A DNA stretch of 64,000 bases, from the NCBI GenBank assembly GCA_051530055.1, contig CM121343.1:4000389-4064388 (forward strand), read 5' to 3'. This stretch comes from Neoechinorhynchus agilis. Taxonomy: Eukaryota > Animalia > Acanthocephala. Position numbers and translations under genes: made by a program. This document shows, in pieces, positions 1 through 11,819 of this stretch; positions within the stretch are counted from its first letter, which is position 1; each line of letters opens with the position of its first letter. The notes beneath the pieces are model-generated. The model made no database searches, was not told the DNA's origin, and saw nothing but the letters and a program-made list of their open reading frames with translations.

Positions 1-374
1 ACTTCGACGATCTGCTGTAGTCGTTCTTCGTAATTATCAACTTTGATGCACTTATTGCGAATCAAATCACGGCAGAGATTCACGTGCAATTCGTTGCCTT
101 TCCTCATATCTTCTATAAGAACAATTAAATTCAATACTGCAAGCGGAAATTCGATACCATCAAATGCCACGTCCAACGCACCAATCTTATACATCTCAAC
201 CTTTAAAACTGCTCGTAAATCATCAGCAGCTAACAAAATACCTTTATCTAATCGCAAGTGGAATCACTTACCGTCCAAAAATCGTTCATGATATTCCGGA
301 CCACTATCTTCAGGAGGTCCATTTGATATACTAATCGGCAGATATTCGAGTTTCCCATACCTGGGAAGTCCCAT
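1..374 (-). CDS. Unassigned protein-coding gene, 5' part (runs off the window start)
   Basis: ATG at 374 preceded by TTTCAG. One frame MGLPRYGKLEYLP...HERFLD continues as ILLAADDLRAVLKVEMYKIG...EERLQQIVE to position 1. The only in-frame stop (TGA 266-264) lies inside a GTAAGT...AG intron (271-248 or 271-242). Absent from the supplied ORF track; no family recognised. Confidence 0.55.
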
Positions 375-423
375 CTGAAATCAATCACATTCAAAACTCG
401 CTCTCACTCACACAAACGAAACG

Positions 424-912
424 TTACATCATTTTCCATCGACTCGGAGGCCAAATTATCATGGAAACTTTGCCAAGTACGTGACTACGATGGACTTGGC
501 CAATCTCAACGCTCTTCACGCTCGATTGTGAATCACCAGCCACCCAATAGCAATTAGGCTCAATTGGTTGAATCTCAACGGTTGAGTTCATTTCATCAAC
601 CAGCTCTTCGATTAAGTTTCCACCCACGCCTATTATCCGTTTCACCATAAATGTACCCGGATGTTTCGGAGACTCAAATGCAATTATATCCCCCTTTTCA
701 AGCCCATTGATAGAACGTCGACTCACCAATACAATATCACATCGTTTCTTATTTATTGGATTTAACGTCGGAGACATGGAATCGCCCTTCACGATAGCAA
801 CGAACGCTACTTTGTTAGCCGTTATCGTACCAATGGCAATGGCAAGGGCGCCTAACGTCAATTTGCGGGACCAATAACTCCATCTCGCCGTAGATATAAG
901 TCCCAACGCCAT
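424..912 (-). CDS. IMMP2L: Mitochondrial inner membrane protease subunit 2 (S26 signal peptidase)
   Basis: Catalytic Ser motif VKGDSMSPTL, Lys motif MVKRIIG, WVAGD and C-terminal IIWPPSRW typical of Imp2; single exon. Confidence 0.85.
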   Translation of the reverse strand: MALGLISTARWSYWSRKLTLGALAIAIGTITANKVAFVAIVKGDSMSPTLNPINKKRCDIVLVSRRSINGLEKGDIIAFESPKHPGTFMVKRIIGVGGNLIEELVDEMNSTVEIQPIEPNCYWVAGDSQSSVKSVEIGQVHRSHVLGKVSMIIWPPSRWKMM

Positions 913-3260
913 CTTATGTGGATGCGAATATCGTCGGAATTTTATAGTCCATTGGGTTCCTTAATCACATGATCGTTCTTCCGTGCTTGGTAGCGACGAA
1001 GAGAAAAACAAAATGGCGAGATCCGACGAGGACCACAGTGCCAATGGTGCAGCAATTACCCGAAACTTGCTTCTTCCGGGTGTTCAATCGTGCCTTCTCT
1101 TTGCGGACTTTAATGAAAAACCTCAAGGGTTGTCATCTCAGACGTTATAGCGTTTTCCTGTGGACTGATAAACGTCGGGCAACGTGTTAAGCCGATGATA
1201 ACCAATCCACAGGATAGGGCTATAACGTCTGAGATGACCAACGTTCAGGTTTTTAGTGAACTAAACTAAGAAAAAGAATGAGACTAATGATGGATTTCGG
1301 CGTTTAGACTTTTATGATCTCGCTTGGAATTTAAGTTACAGTATCGTTTTCAATGGAGAACGCCACGATAGTCGTCGTCCATATCCGTGTCAGATTACCG
1401 CGATCTAAATCAAGGTTGCTTGTGATCCAAAAAAAACCAACGTTGAGTTCTAAGTTAATTGTGCTTCAGGTCGGTCTAATCGACTCCATCAGATGCCATT
1501 ATGCTTCTCCATTACTCCCTTAAGTGTATTTGTCTCGACCATGAAGTTCCCCGAGTCTCCACTTACGAATCTAATTTTTCTGTGATTCAATCTTCTGGGA
1601 GATTACACAGATTCGTATCTTTTTCATTTACTTTCCCGAGGCGCATTCACTTCTTTGAGCCAATGAAATCCTACGAGGATTTACATTATTAATCATATCA
1701 AGAAAATCCTTCGAAGTGATAAATATTGAATGGCGGTGGTGAACAAAATCCCCCGGATTCCTTTATTATTGAGAGGTGACCCGGATGAGGTTTCCTCTTT
1801 CGAAAGATTTCATAATAATAACGGAAGCTTGAATCGGGGGTTATGTTCACCACATCATTCAATATTTACATTATTGTTTGTTTATGGCGGAAAAATTGAA
1901 GGATCAAGATTGTTTCTCCTCCGAAACCAATCGGATAAATTCCTTCAATTTTTCACCGCCATAAATAAACATGAATAATTTAATTTTCAAACATTTAAAT
2001 TCCATTTCACACCCTCAAAATGTTACTGAACCGATTTCGGATCACGACTTAATACTCAATTGACTAGATGGCAGGTTTGACCCAGCGAATGATAATCACG
2101 TAAATCTGTGCTTCAAATCTAACAGCAGCATTCTAGAGGCTTTTAAACTTTTTAAGTGGCTACTTTCTAAAGCGATGTAAGCAGAACAGAGCATGCATTT
2201 TAGTACAAAGAAGGTGAACATTCTTCATTCTACGAGGTCACTCGGCATGAATCTGTTTAAGTTAACAAGTTGAATCGAATAGTTCTTTTTTTTATCAAAA
2301 AAAGTAATATGCTCGGGTTTTTTTATGAAAAAAGAGTGCGGGATAAAAACCATGCTTTAGCTCTTTTTTTGAAAGTTTTGTTTTAAATCATTTTTAGGAT
2401 TTTTCATAATTATTTCCGGATTCTGTCATACGACTCGGCAAACTCTTTTTTTTACATGTTCATTTCTGCTTTGCGCGGAGTAATCACCGTGTTGTTTATT
2501 GAGTAGCTCCGGAATAACACCTTGAGCTATATCACCAAAGAGGATTCGTTCATTTAGACCTTGAACGGACATTGGATTTTCTATTTCCCATTTTGATGCT
2601 TCATAAAAGCTTATTATTTTCAAAACACTAAGAAGCTCTTTTTGTTGGATAGGTTTTTGGAACTGGTGGTATAGAGATGTTGTGCTCTTCTATCTCACCA
2701 CCGCAGTAGTATGGCTGTAGCTTCTGCTAGAATGGTTCCTCTGGTTTAGTCTTGCACATATGGTGGTTGGCTCTAGTTTTCTGGCGTCGCAAGATAGAGT
2801 TGCTTTCTGATATAACACGGCATCTATATCCTGCCAACATCATCATGTCTCTTACATCATCGGAATATAGAAAAGCTGGGCTTGTATACGGCTATGGCTG
2901 CTGGGTGAGGCGCATGATGAGAGGATGTAAGTGGTGGTGCCTCTTCTATTTCTGACTATATGATATAGGCGTAGTGTACATCTTCTCCATTTTATCCACT
3001 ATGGATATCGCCCATCTACACATACTACCCACAATTTCCTCGTTTTACTTGATTTCCTGAAAAAATTCATCCAAACTCTGCGTAATTCCACTGGCAAGAC
3101 TAACACTTACTCATTTGATATTTTTCCATTAAAGGCTCATAACAAAAAAAGAACGGCTACACACTTCACTTTAACATTTTGACGATCCTTTCTGTTTTAC
3201 CAGGAAATTAAAGGGACGCTGATAACAGTAAATTTCTGTTAAGGAGTCGATAATCACGTT

Positions 3261-5734
3261 ATGCAACTATATGACTTTAGTCGGACATATCAAACCGAAT
3301 CTGCAAAGAACTGTGAAGAATTCTGCAACCTCAATGAGCCTAAGGATGATCTGACGGTTCCTATGCCGAATGCGAACCACGCTTCGGACATACCCATAAA
3401 TTCTGGATTGAATGAAAGCTATGAAAATATCAACTCAACATTCACACTTCGACCACTAACAAGTAACACAGCATCTTGCGTGGATGGTATGTCATCGCCG
3501 GATGGCCATACAGTTTCTTGGAATGATACAGTGAAGTTCACACCTCTTCGGATTGATAGTTATCCGGATATACAAGCTGCCGATATCCATAGCGTCCGAC
3601 ACTCATCGGACGGCGACATCTCAGCATCAGTTGAAGAGAATACAGAATCTGATCAATCCATCGCTACTTGTGACTCACAACATTTTGTGGTAGTAGCAAT
3701 TGATTTCGGAACCACTTTTAGTGGTTATGCTTTTGCACTCACCAAGGACCCTACAAGCATTCACATGATGCGAAAGTGGGAAGGTGGTGACCCTGGAGTC
3801 GTTAACCAAAAGACCCCTACAACTATACTTTTAACCCCTAATGGGCAATTTCATTCATTCGGATTTTATGCTCGTGATTATTATCACGATTTGGATCCCC
3901 AGGAGTCCAGACACTGGCTATATTTTGAAAAGTTTAAAATGCATTTGCATCATACACAGGCATGATTTTGAGTAAATGTTCAAAGTTACATTTGAATTTT
4001 AGGAACTAGATTCGAATACGCTATTGACGGCGAGTAACGGGAAACAAATACTTGCGATGCAAATTTTTACTTACGCTTTGGTTTACTTCAAAGATCATGC
4101 TCTTCGAGAACTTAGTGAACAGGCTGGTGTTAATATAGTCAGTAGTGATGTCAAATGGGTTATTACAGTTCCGGCGATCTGGCGGCAGCCTGCAAAGGCT
4201 TTTATGAGGGAAGCAGCTTATAAGGTAGAAACAAATTGTTCATAGAATCCATTACCGTGATCATTGCTCTAAAGTCCGGAATGTTGAGTGTTTCAAATCC
4301 TGACCAGTTGGTAATTGCATTGGAGCCTGAAGCAGCCTCAATATACATCAGAAAGTTGAAGTTACACAACCTTTTTTCAGCCAATTTTCATTCTAATCAA
4401 AATCGTTCAGTTACAGAAGCAATAGCTCCCAATACTAGTAAGCTTACTTACAAATTCGATTTGTAATACTACTTATCGATTTAGAATCAAAGTATATGGT
4501 AGTGGACTGTGGAGGTGGAACGGTAGATATTACAGTACATGAGCTGAATCCAGTAACGGAGACACTGAAGGAACTCTATAAAGCTACAGGAGGTCCATAT
4601 GGCTCTACAGCCGTTGACAATGAATTTGAAGTCCTTCTGAACTCTATTTTTACCTACGATTTCATGGAAACTTTCAAAACTCGCAGACCAGCCGGGTTTG
4701 TTGATTTAATGGTTGCGTTTGAAGCTCGCAAACGCGTGGCAAATTCGTTTAAATCAAATCACCTCAATATTTCTCTTCCGTTTTCATTCATTGATTTGCA
4801 TAAAAGGATTAAGGCACGTTTACCGATTGGGAAAATATACCATCATGCTTTTGTCCCTAGGGTATTTCAGTCGAGTCCGCTATTAAAAAATATAACAATT
4901 TAAACTATAAATGGTCATCACAAGGAATGCTAAGACTCACTTCCGAGGCAATGAATGCTTTATTTCAACCAGTTCTAGAAAAGATATGCACGGCAATATC
5001 CGAAGTACTACATGGGAATGAAGTTAAAGGTAGTGTAGAATACGTCGTTTGACTTAAATCGTTTATTTAAGCATTAAAGTAGAGGTCGAGCACATGTTTT
5101 TGGTTGGTGGATTTGCGGAATCACCAATATTACAGCAATATATAAGAAGTAGATTTTCACAATATACTAACATTATAATCCCTCAAGATGTGAGTTTAGC
5201 CATTTTAAAAGGTAATTTTCTTTTCTAGAGATATTCAAAAAATAATGCTATTATTTAGGTGCCGTTCTTTTTGGTATTGATCCCACCATCGTGAATGTCC
5301 GTCGATCTCGCCTGACATACGGTGTTGGTATTTTGAACAAGTTCATAAAGGGTAAACACCCGAACAGTAAACTATTGCTCAAAAATAACACCGAATGGTG
5401 TGCGGATATATTCGATAAATTCGTAGTTGTTGATCAATCAGTTGGACTTGGCGACGTTGTTTCTCGAAGATATGCACCTCTGAACACAGATCAGTCATGT
5501 ACGGCCATAAACTTTTATTGCGCTGAAAGTGATCGTCCAACATATATAACGGATATTGGCGTCAAGAAAATCGGAACATTGGTTCTAGAGCAACCGTCGT
5601 TTTATCAGGACTCTAAAAGGCATCGGGAAATTCAAACAAGAATGATATTTGGTGACACTGAAATCAAAGTTAGTGCAACGGATGTCCATTCAGGAAGATG
5701 TGTTCGTGCAACTATCGATTTTCTCAATAAGTAG
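3261..5734 (+). CDS. HSPA12: Heat shock 70 kDa protein 12 (HSPA12A/B-like), 7 exons
   Basis: Spliced translation gives [96 protein letters not shown] and MIFGDTEIK. Introns: 3960-4002 (GC-AG), ~4226-4275, 4438-4484, 4814-4860 (GC-AG), ~5030-5079, ~5212-5258. Confidence 0.93.
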
Positions 5735-7094
5735 CATAATGTTGTTACTTACAACTGTGAAAATAGAACTTGTCGTGTGTGCGTGTGATTTGATTCTAAT
5801 CGACTTTCGAAATGTTCAAAGATTACATGTATTTTGAACGCTTTTGTTGTTTAAGTGCCTGTTTGTAGATGAAAACGAAATAGCCAAGCTCTTTTCCGTT
5901 GAAGTTGCCAACAACAACATCATCACCAACACACTCCATGGCTGCAAATTGATTAGTGCAATTTGCGTTGTACATTTTTCTGTGCGGAAAAACGCAATCG
6001 TTCTACATAGAAAAGGAGGATTGTACCTTATGTTCAAAACGACTCCGTATCTCGCATTTTTCTCCGCATGAGAAAAACGATTTAGTTGCTTCCAATAAAA
6101 GATAGAGCGAGATTTCGCCAACGTAGTCCTATTTGGTGAAGATCATGATTTTTGGCAGCAGTCTCATTGAGCAAAAATCATATTTCTACGAATTACATGC
6201 GTTTCCTTTATCGATGAAATCAGTCGTTTTACTATCGAGTTGCCATTATTTCACACATGGGAAAAGCTCATTGATTGTTCATCTTATTTTATAGAAGGAG
6301 ACAAAGGTTTGACTTTTTCATAGGTCTTAAATTACACAAGAATGAAGGGCAATGACCTTTTTTTGAAAAATAAAAGCAGTCTGTGATTTGGAAGAAAAAG
6401 CGTAAACTTTGATGATGTGAAGCTGCGCATACCGTCGCTAAGATTCAAGTTATTCATTCCTCTAAGGTTGACTCAAAACATCTAAAATGTGCAACGACAA
6501 TTCCTACCTTCAGTTTGAACTTAGTCACATACCTTGAATTTTTATTCTTGGATCAGTACTTACCTCATCGAACACAGCACTTTTATTTCGTTCAAGAGAC
6601 GACGTCCAACAAAGTTGGCAACAGCAACAAAATGAACAAACAGTCACCCTCATTCATTCTTGGTTATCAAGCGTACAAACCGCCAAAATATGGAGCAGGA
6701 TTTGTGAAATCTTTGCGACAAATGTCATCAAGCAACAATAGAAAGTTTACCATCACTTTCATACCATTTTAATTTTACTACGATTTTGTTGAAGACAGTA
6801 AAATTTACACTTGGTTTTTATTTTCACAGACCATTTTAATATTGCCTTAATTTTTAAGCGCTACCCAACAAATAGTCGACTTCTACTTAAAAAAACTAAG
6901 ATTTGTTTTCATCTTTTCAAAAGTAAAAGAAAGATATTTTGAATAGACATCAATTGGCAACATTATTTTGATTAATCGCACTCGATGTTCAGTTTCCGGC
7001 ACGATTTTTCTCTACAATACTTAGCTGGGACATCGTGGTAAATAGTAGAAGATGTTGATAAATTTAAAGCGTAAAAACCGTATTCAATCAATCT

Positions 7095-7500
7095 TCATTT
7101 CTCGACAATTAACACACTCACCACCTCCCGCCGAATTCCAGCTTTTGTCCTTCCTCGACCGTCGCCATCACGCTGGCAGCATTGCCCCGTTGTACTGCTA
7201 GCGAGATATTTTGTCGAAGGAATACGCCTGCTCTTGAGTCTCCGGTTGCCTCTCTCAATTTCTTCGAGAGATCCTGGAGCAGAGAGAGTGCCGAGCTGCC
7301 GAGCGCTCCATACGTCTCTACCCCAAAGGGGACAAAATAGTGAGCCCTCGATAAGTGAAGATATTTCCGTATTTTCCTCCCTTCCGCTGCACTGGCGGCA
7401 CCACCGGCGATTTCGAGGGAGTAGGGGATGTTGCTGGCTGCGAGGGCGTCCACACACGTGGCGTCCCAGAGAAGGCATTAGCCCTCCCGCCACGATACAT
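7095..7500 (-). mobile_element. 3' fragment of CRE-clade non-LTR retrotransposon (restriction-like endonuclease region), decayed
   Basis: Translation WREG*CLLWDATCVDALAAS...GAASAAEGRKIRKY...VPFGVETYGALGSSA...FLRQNISLAVQRGNAASVMAT matches the PW..G..LxWDxT and SxAxQRGNA signatures of CRE-like RLE C-termini; one in-frame stop. Confidence 0.8.
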
Positions 7501-8438
7501 GTTAGATATCTTAATTTATGTTCTCATCCATCGCGGTACATCTAAATATGGTATTTCAATGGGTATCAGAAATGTATATTCCGGTACGTATTGAGATACC
7601 AGATTTTTTTATTGGTACATAATGGATAGAGAGATTTCTGCGTACAGTTTGTAACCTGAAATTTATTATCGGCTTTTGTGATTAGTCAATCAATTAAATG
7701 TTTCACACTTGCAAGTGTTTGTTGCATCCCATTAGCCCGATTGTGAATCGTTGTTTTTTCGCAACAAAGAAAAAATTGTGATTGGTTACTGTCACGACCG
7801 TTTCAATAGATTGGAGATTTTAAAAGTAGGAAACATGTTGCACTTTTCTAAATAAGGTTCTAACTTTATAACTTCGATTGCTTGACGTCTTTTGATATAA
7901 GAGATTGGCATACCAAAACTTCTGAAAGTTATAAAATATCTCCACAACACAGTCCTTTGGATGTGCCACTTACAAAGCACCGTAAGCAGAAGTCTCAAAC
8001 CGTACGCCCTACCGTAATTACTCCGTACGAACCCACTGCAAATTCAATAGCACCTTATTGTCCATTACGAGCAGATTCACTTAGTGATCTTGACTCAATA
8101 GAGGTCGAAAAAGTCCAGAGTGAGTCATCGATTAATGGAAATAAGAGGAAATGTTCAATTACAATAAAGACGATCGCTAATCCAACCATTCGCGAGCTAA
8201 ATGATCTAGCGAATGCTGGTCACGTTTCTGAGTTCCGGAAAAGATTCACAAAACATTTTTAACTGAAACTGAATTTCATTTCCCACTTGTCCTATTCTCG
8301 AAAGATTGGTGACTCCATATATAAAATTTAACAAGTGTGTTTGTGTTTTTGAGGATGTACTCTAACGAAATTGCCTCCACATAGCATTTTTCGTACTATC
8401 CAACAAGGTCTAAAAATTACCTTTTATTAGTTAGAAGT

Positions 8439-8520
8439 ATTGTTTAGGTCTTCAACCGGCAAATGATTTTTATTAAAAACGTTCTGCCAATCTCGCCGCG
8501 TTTATCATCAGTTTGTTAGT
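8439..8520 (-). repeat. Dispersed diverged copy of the 235-bp array unit (28.4-30.7 kb)
   Basis: Minus strand reads TAACAAACTGATGATAAACG...GGCAGAACGTTTTTAATAAAAATCATTTGCCGGTTGAAGACC, collinear with the array's TAACAAACTGACGATGAAC...AAAGAACGTTTTAACAAATTATTTACCGCGGATAAAGAC. Confidence 0.6.
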
Positions 8521-9201
8521 CATTAATAGACATATGACGAAGCCTACGAAGTTCAAAACATTTTTAATCGAAAAATTATTTATCAGGTGAAGGCCTAAAG
8601 TATAATTCCAATCACCTTCGCCGGTGCCTCCTAACATATCGACATTTTAAGTCTCCGTAAGAAATTTTCAACTCGAACTTACCCGGCGGTAATAATAAGA
8701 TTTGACTTCAGTATTCTCTAAGTCACAGTCACAATGGTTATCTGCCAAGAAATATGCATGAAAGTATAAATTCGGTTATCTAAATTTAAAGTGCTTATAT
8801 AAAAATTGATCTCAAAATCAAAGTTATTAGACAGTGTAGAAACAAAAAACAACCACATCAAAGCGTAAGGGTTGAAAACATTAAATTTTAAATTTCAATA
8901 ATCAAAATTAAGTCTGATTATACAGTTATAAATGTCCGTTAAGAATATCGATCAGTAATTGGGATAACAAATTTAGTTATTTGTACAGTCTATCGTAATG
9001 CCGGGGAACCGTCCAATTAATTCAAGAGTGTAAAAGACGGGACAAAGAGCCATTCAATGACTAGACGAAACTGAAGCTCACAAAAAATTCATGATGAAGA
9101 ATAAGTTTAAAAAAGTCACGTTTCCGCTTTATGAGAAATAAGTAATAAAATGAAAGCCATTTTATGCCATCTCACAATAAAATAATTCTCCGATATTTAG
9201 A

Positions 9202-10290
9202 AGCTAAAATTAAAGACGTCATCAATGAAGATTTCGAGAATTGGTGACACATTGAAAAGTCAAAAAAGACAGTAATCTCACACTGGAATCTTTCTTAAAA
9301 ATGAAAGAGCTAAAATTAAAGACGTCATCAATGAAGATTTCGAGAATTGATGACACATTGAAAAGTAAAAAAGACAGTAATCTCACACTGGAATCTTTCT
9401 TAAAAATGAAAGAGCTAAAATTAAAGACGTCATCAATGAAGATTTCGAGAATTGATGACACATTGAAAAGTCAAAAAAGACAGTAATCTCACACTGGAAT
9501 CTTTCTTAAAAATGAAAGAGCTAAAATTAAAGACGTCATCAATGAAGATTTCGAGAATTGATGACACATTGAAAAGTCAAAAAAGACAGTAATCTCACAC
9601 TGGAATCTTTCTTAAAAATGAAAGAGCTAAAATTAAAGACGTCATCAATGAAGATTTCGAGAATTGATGACACATTGAAAAGTCAAAAAAGACAGTAATC
9701 TCACACTGGAATCTTTCTTAAAAATGAAAGGCTAAAATTAAAGACGTCATCAATGAAGATTTCGAGAATTGTGACACATTGAAAAGTCAAAAAAGACAGT
9801 AATCTCACACTGGAATCTTCTTAAAAATGAAAGAGCTAAAATTAAAGACGTCATCAATGAAGATTTCGAGAATTGGACACATTGAAAAGTCAAAAAGACA
9901 GTAATCTCACACTGGAATCTTTCTAAAAATGAAAGAGCTAAAATTAAAGACGTCATCAATGAAGATTTCGAGAATTGATGACACATTGAAAAGTCAAAAA
10001 AGACAGTAATCTCACACTGGAATCTTTCTTAAAAATGAAAGAGCTAAAATTAAAGACGTCATCAATGAAGATTTCGAGAATTGATGACACATTGAAAAGT
10101 AAAAAAGACAGTAATCTCACACTGGAATCTTTCTTAAAAATGAAAGAGCTAAAATTAAAGACGTCATCAATGAAGATTTCGAGAATTGATGACACATTCA
10201 AAAGTCAAAAAAGACAGTAATCTCACACTGGAATCTTTCTTAAAAATGAAAGAGCTAAAATTAAAGACGTCATCAATGAAGATTTCGAGA
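9202..10290. repeat. Tandem array, 106-bp unit, about 10 copies
   Basis: AGCTAAAATTAAAGACGTCATCAATG... recurs at 9308, 9413, 9519, 9625 etc. (period 105-106). Near-identical units, each with a 9-bp inverted repeat GTCATCAAT/ATTGATGAC. Confidence 0.97.
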
Positions 10291-10644
10291 GTTGGCGATG
10301 CCATAAAAATGTCGGTAATCTAAGAACCTTCTAAAGATAAAAACAAGTACATTTCGGGCCTTAATGTTGAGGTCATTACTCTAAATGCGAAAATTTACTT
10401 TCAAATTCAATTGGAGGTATGGAAATGGCGGCATTTGGCGGCAAACTTGGGCATCGCCTGATTTCACCCTTCGTTTTGGAACTTTTTGGTGTGCGTTTTG
10501 CGTCGTCACAAAACACGTGTGACTCAATGCGCGCGCGTGTGCGTGCGTGCGAACAGGCGGGTGCGCATCTGTGTTCAAAGCGACGGAGTCGAAATCACAA
10601 AACAGACAAGAGGTCTTGAGGTTTCCAGTCCAAATGTCGCGCTG

Positions 10645-11532
10645 ATGGATCACGTCATCAATGGGTGTAACAGAATGAATGCTGCGTTCTCGCGCGTTTT
10701 CAACACAGTTTGCTCTTACGAACGTTCCAGCAGCACTAGCAAAACAACTTCAATTTTACCCGATAGTTCAAGCTGTGACCGCCGAGCGGAGATTGTGGAT
10801 GATCGTAGCATGTTTAAATCAACCGGGAGTTTATCCAGCTTAGATGAAGGTCCTATAAGCGATAAGGTACTTGCAAAACTGGACCGGATCAAAATTAAGC
10901 ACCAACTTTGGCCGGTGAGACGCGTTGCACTCTTAGCGGATGACATTTTGAGATGGAGAGTGCCGTATAGTCCACTTTTACTTGCCTTATTTGTATCATT
11001 TGTATTTGGTACGTTCGCTTTAACTCCGCCACTTGTCTCCTGTGCGACTTGCATAACGCTCATTCTTACACTCGATCGATTACTCTTTGGTTATGGCAAT
11101 GAATCTGGGAATGTAGAACAAGAAGACGAGGAAGAGGAGGAATCTACTGATCTAAATCGCAGCAATGATTTGAAAAGGCTTAGACACAATATTGCTAGAT
11201 GGCCGACCAATTGGACGAAGAGAGATGACGCCCAGTTAGATGATATTTGTAACAGTCTTTGTGAAATGAGAACCGAATTTTGGAGAGCTGGTAGGTCGAT
11301 CATTCTTTGCAGAACACGACAACCATTGAAATTTTATTTCTTGACTGTCGTCACTCTTTCTTTGTTAGCCATCGTTGGTCAGCGGATTAATAACTTGTTT
11401 CTATTCTACCTTTATTGCATGTTCATGTTACTCGGACCAGGATGGAGAAGATATCAAGATAGGATAAGTCGTAAATTATTGAGATGGGCGTGCCCCGATT
11501 CAACTGATGACCTTGGTCAATCTGTCGACTAA
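10645..11532 (+). CDS. ARL6IP1: ARL6IP1-like ER-shaping reticulon-homology membrane protein
   Basis: LLADDILRWRVPY, NWTKRDDAQLDDICNSL and PLKFYFLTVVTLSLLAIVGQRINNLFLFYL align with recalled ARL6IP1 segments (MADKVLRWE, KWTTEQQQRFHEICSNL, PKMYFMTMIVSLAAVAWVGQQVHNLLLTYL). First ATG taken as 10645; single exon. Confidence 0.75.
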   Translation: MDHVINGCNRMNAAFSRVFNTVCSYERSSSTSKTTSILPDSSSCDRRAEIVDDRSMFKSTGSLSSLDEGPISDKVLAKLDRIKIKHQLWPVRRVALLADDILRWRVPYSPLLLALFVSFVFGTFALTPPLVSCATCITLILTLDRLLFGYGNESGNVEQEDEEEEESTDLNRSNDLKRLRHNIARWPTNWTKRDDAQLDDICNSLCEMRTEFWRAGRSIILCRTRQPLKFYFLTVVTLSLLAIVGQRINNLFLFYLYCMFMLLGPGWRRYQDRISRKLLRWACPDSTDDLGQSVD

Positions 11533-11819
11533 CTTAAATGAAGAATTCATTGCATAAAAATGTGTGCCATGCAATGAATCAAATACTTCACTAAATTGAA
11601 TGCAATACAGCTTTATCCCAGAAAAAGTGATCCGCCTTTGAACACTTTTCCTAAGTATCTTACGATTCCTTATTTTCCTTTTAAAAGTCTGGAATTTTAC
11701 TAACTTTTCAGCTCTTTTACTGCATTAAGAAATACAATCTCCACATTCGCATCATCATCGTTAAAAATATGTAAAATGTAATCATAAACATTTCCCATAT
11801 TTGAGATCCATCCCAGCTA

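Noticed and set aside
5816-8262. Short ORFs between HSPA12 and the 106-bp array (including 7882-8262)
   Set aside because: No recognisable domains, non-ATG starts and no consistent exon chain; an unrecognised gene cannot be excluded.
9202-10290. CRISPR-like array or repeat-protein ORFs (MKELKLKTSS...)
   Set aside because: Units are near-identical with no unique spacers and the context is eukaryotic. The consensus unit is 106 bp, so ORFs arise only across the two 105-bp variants.
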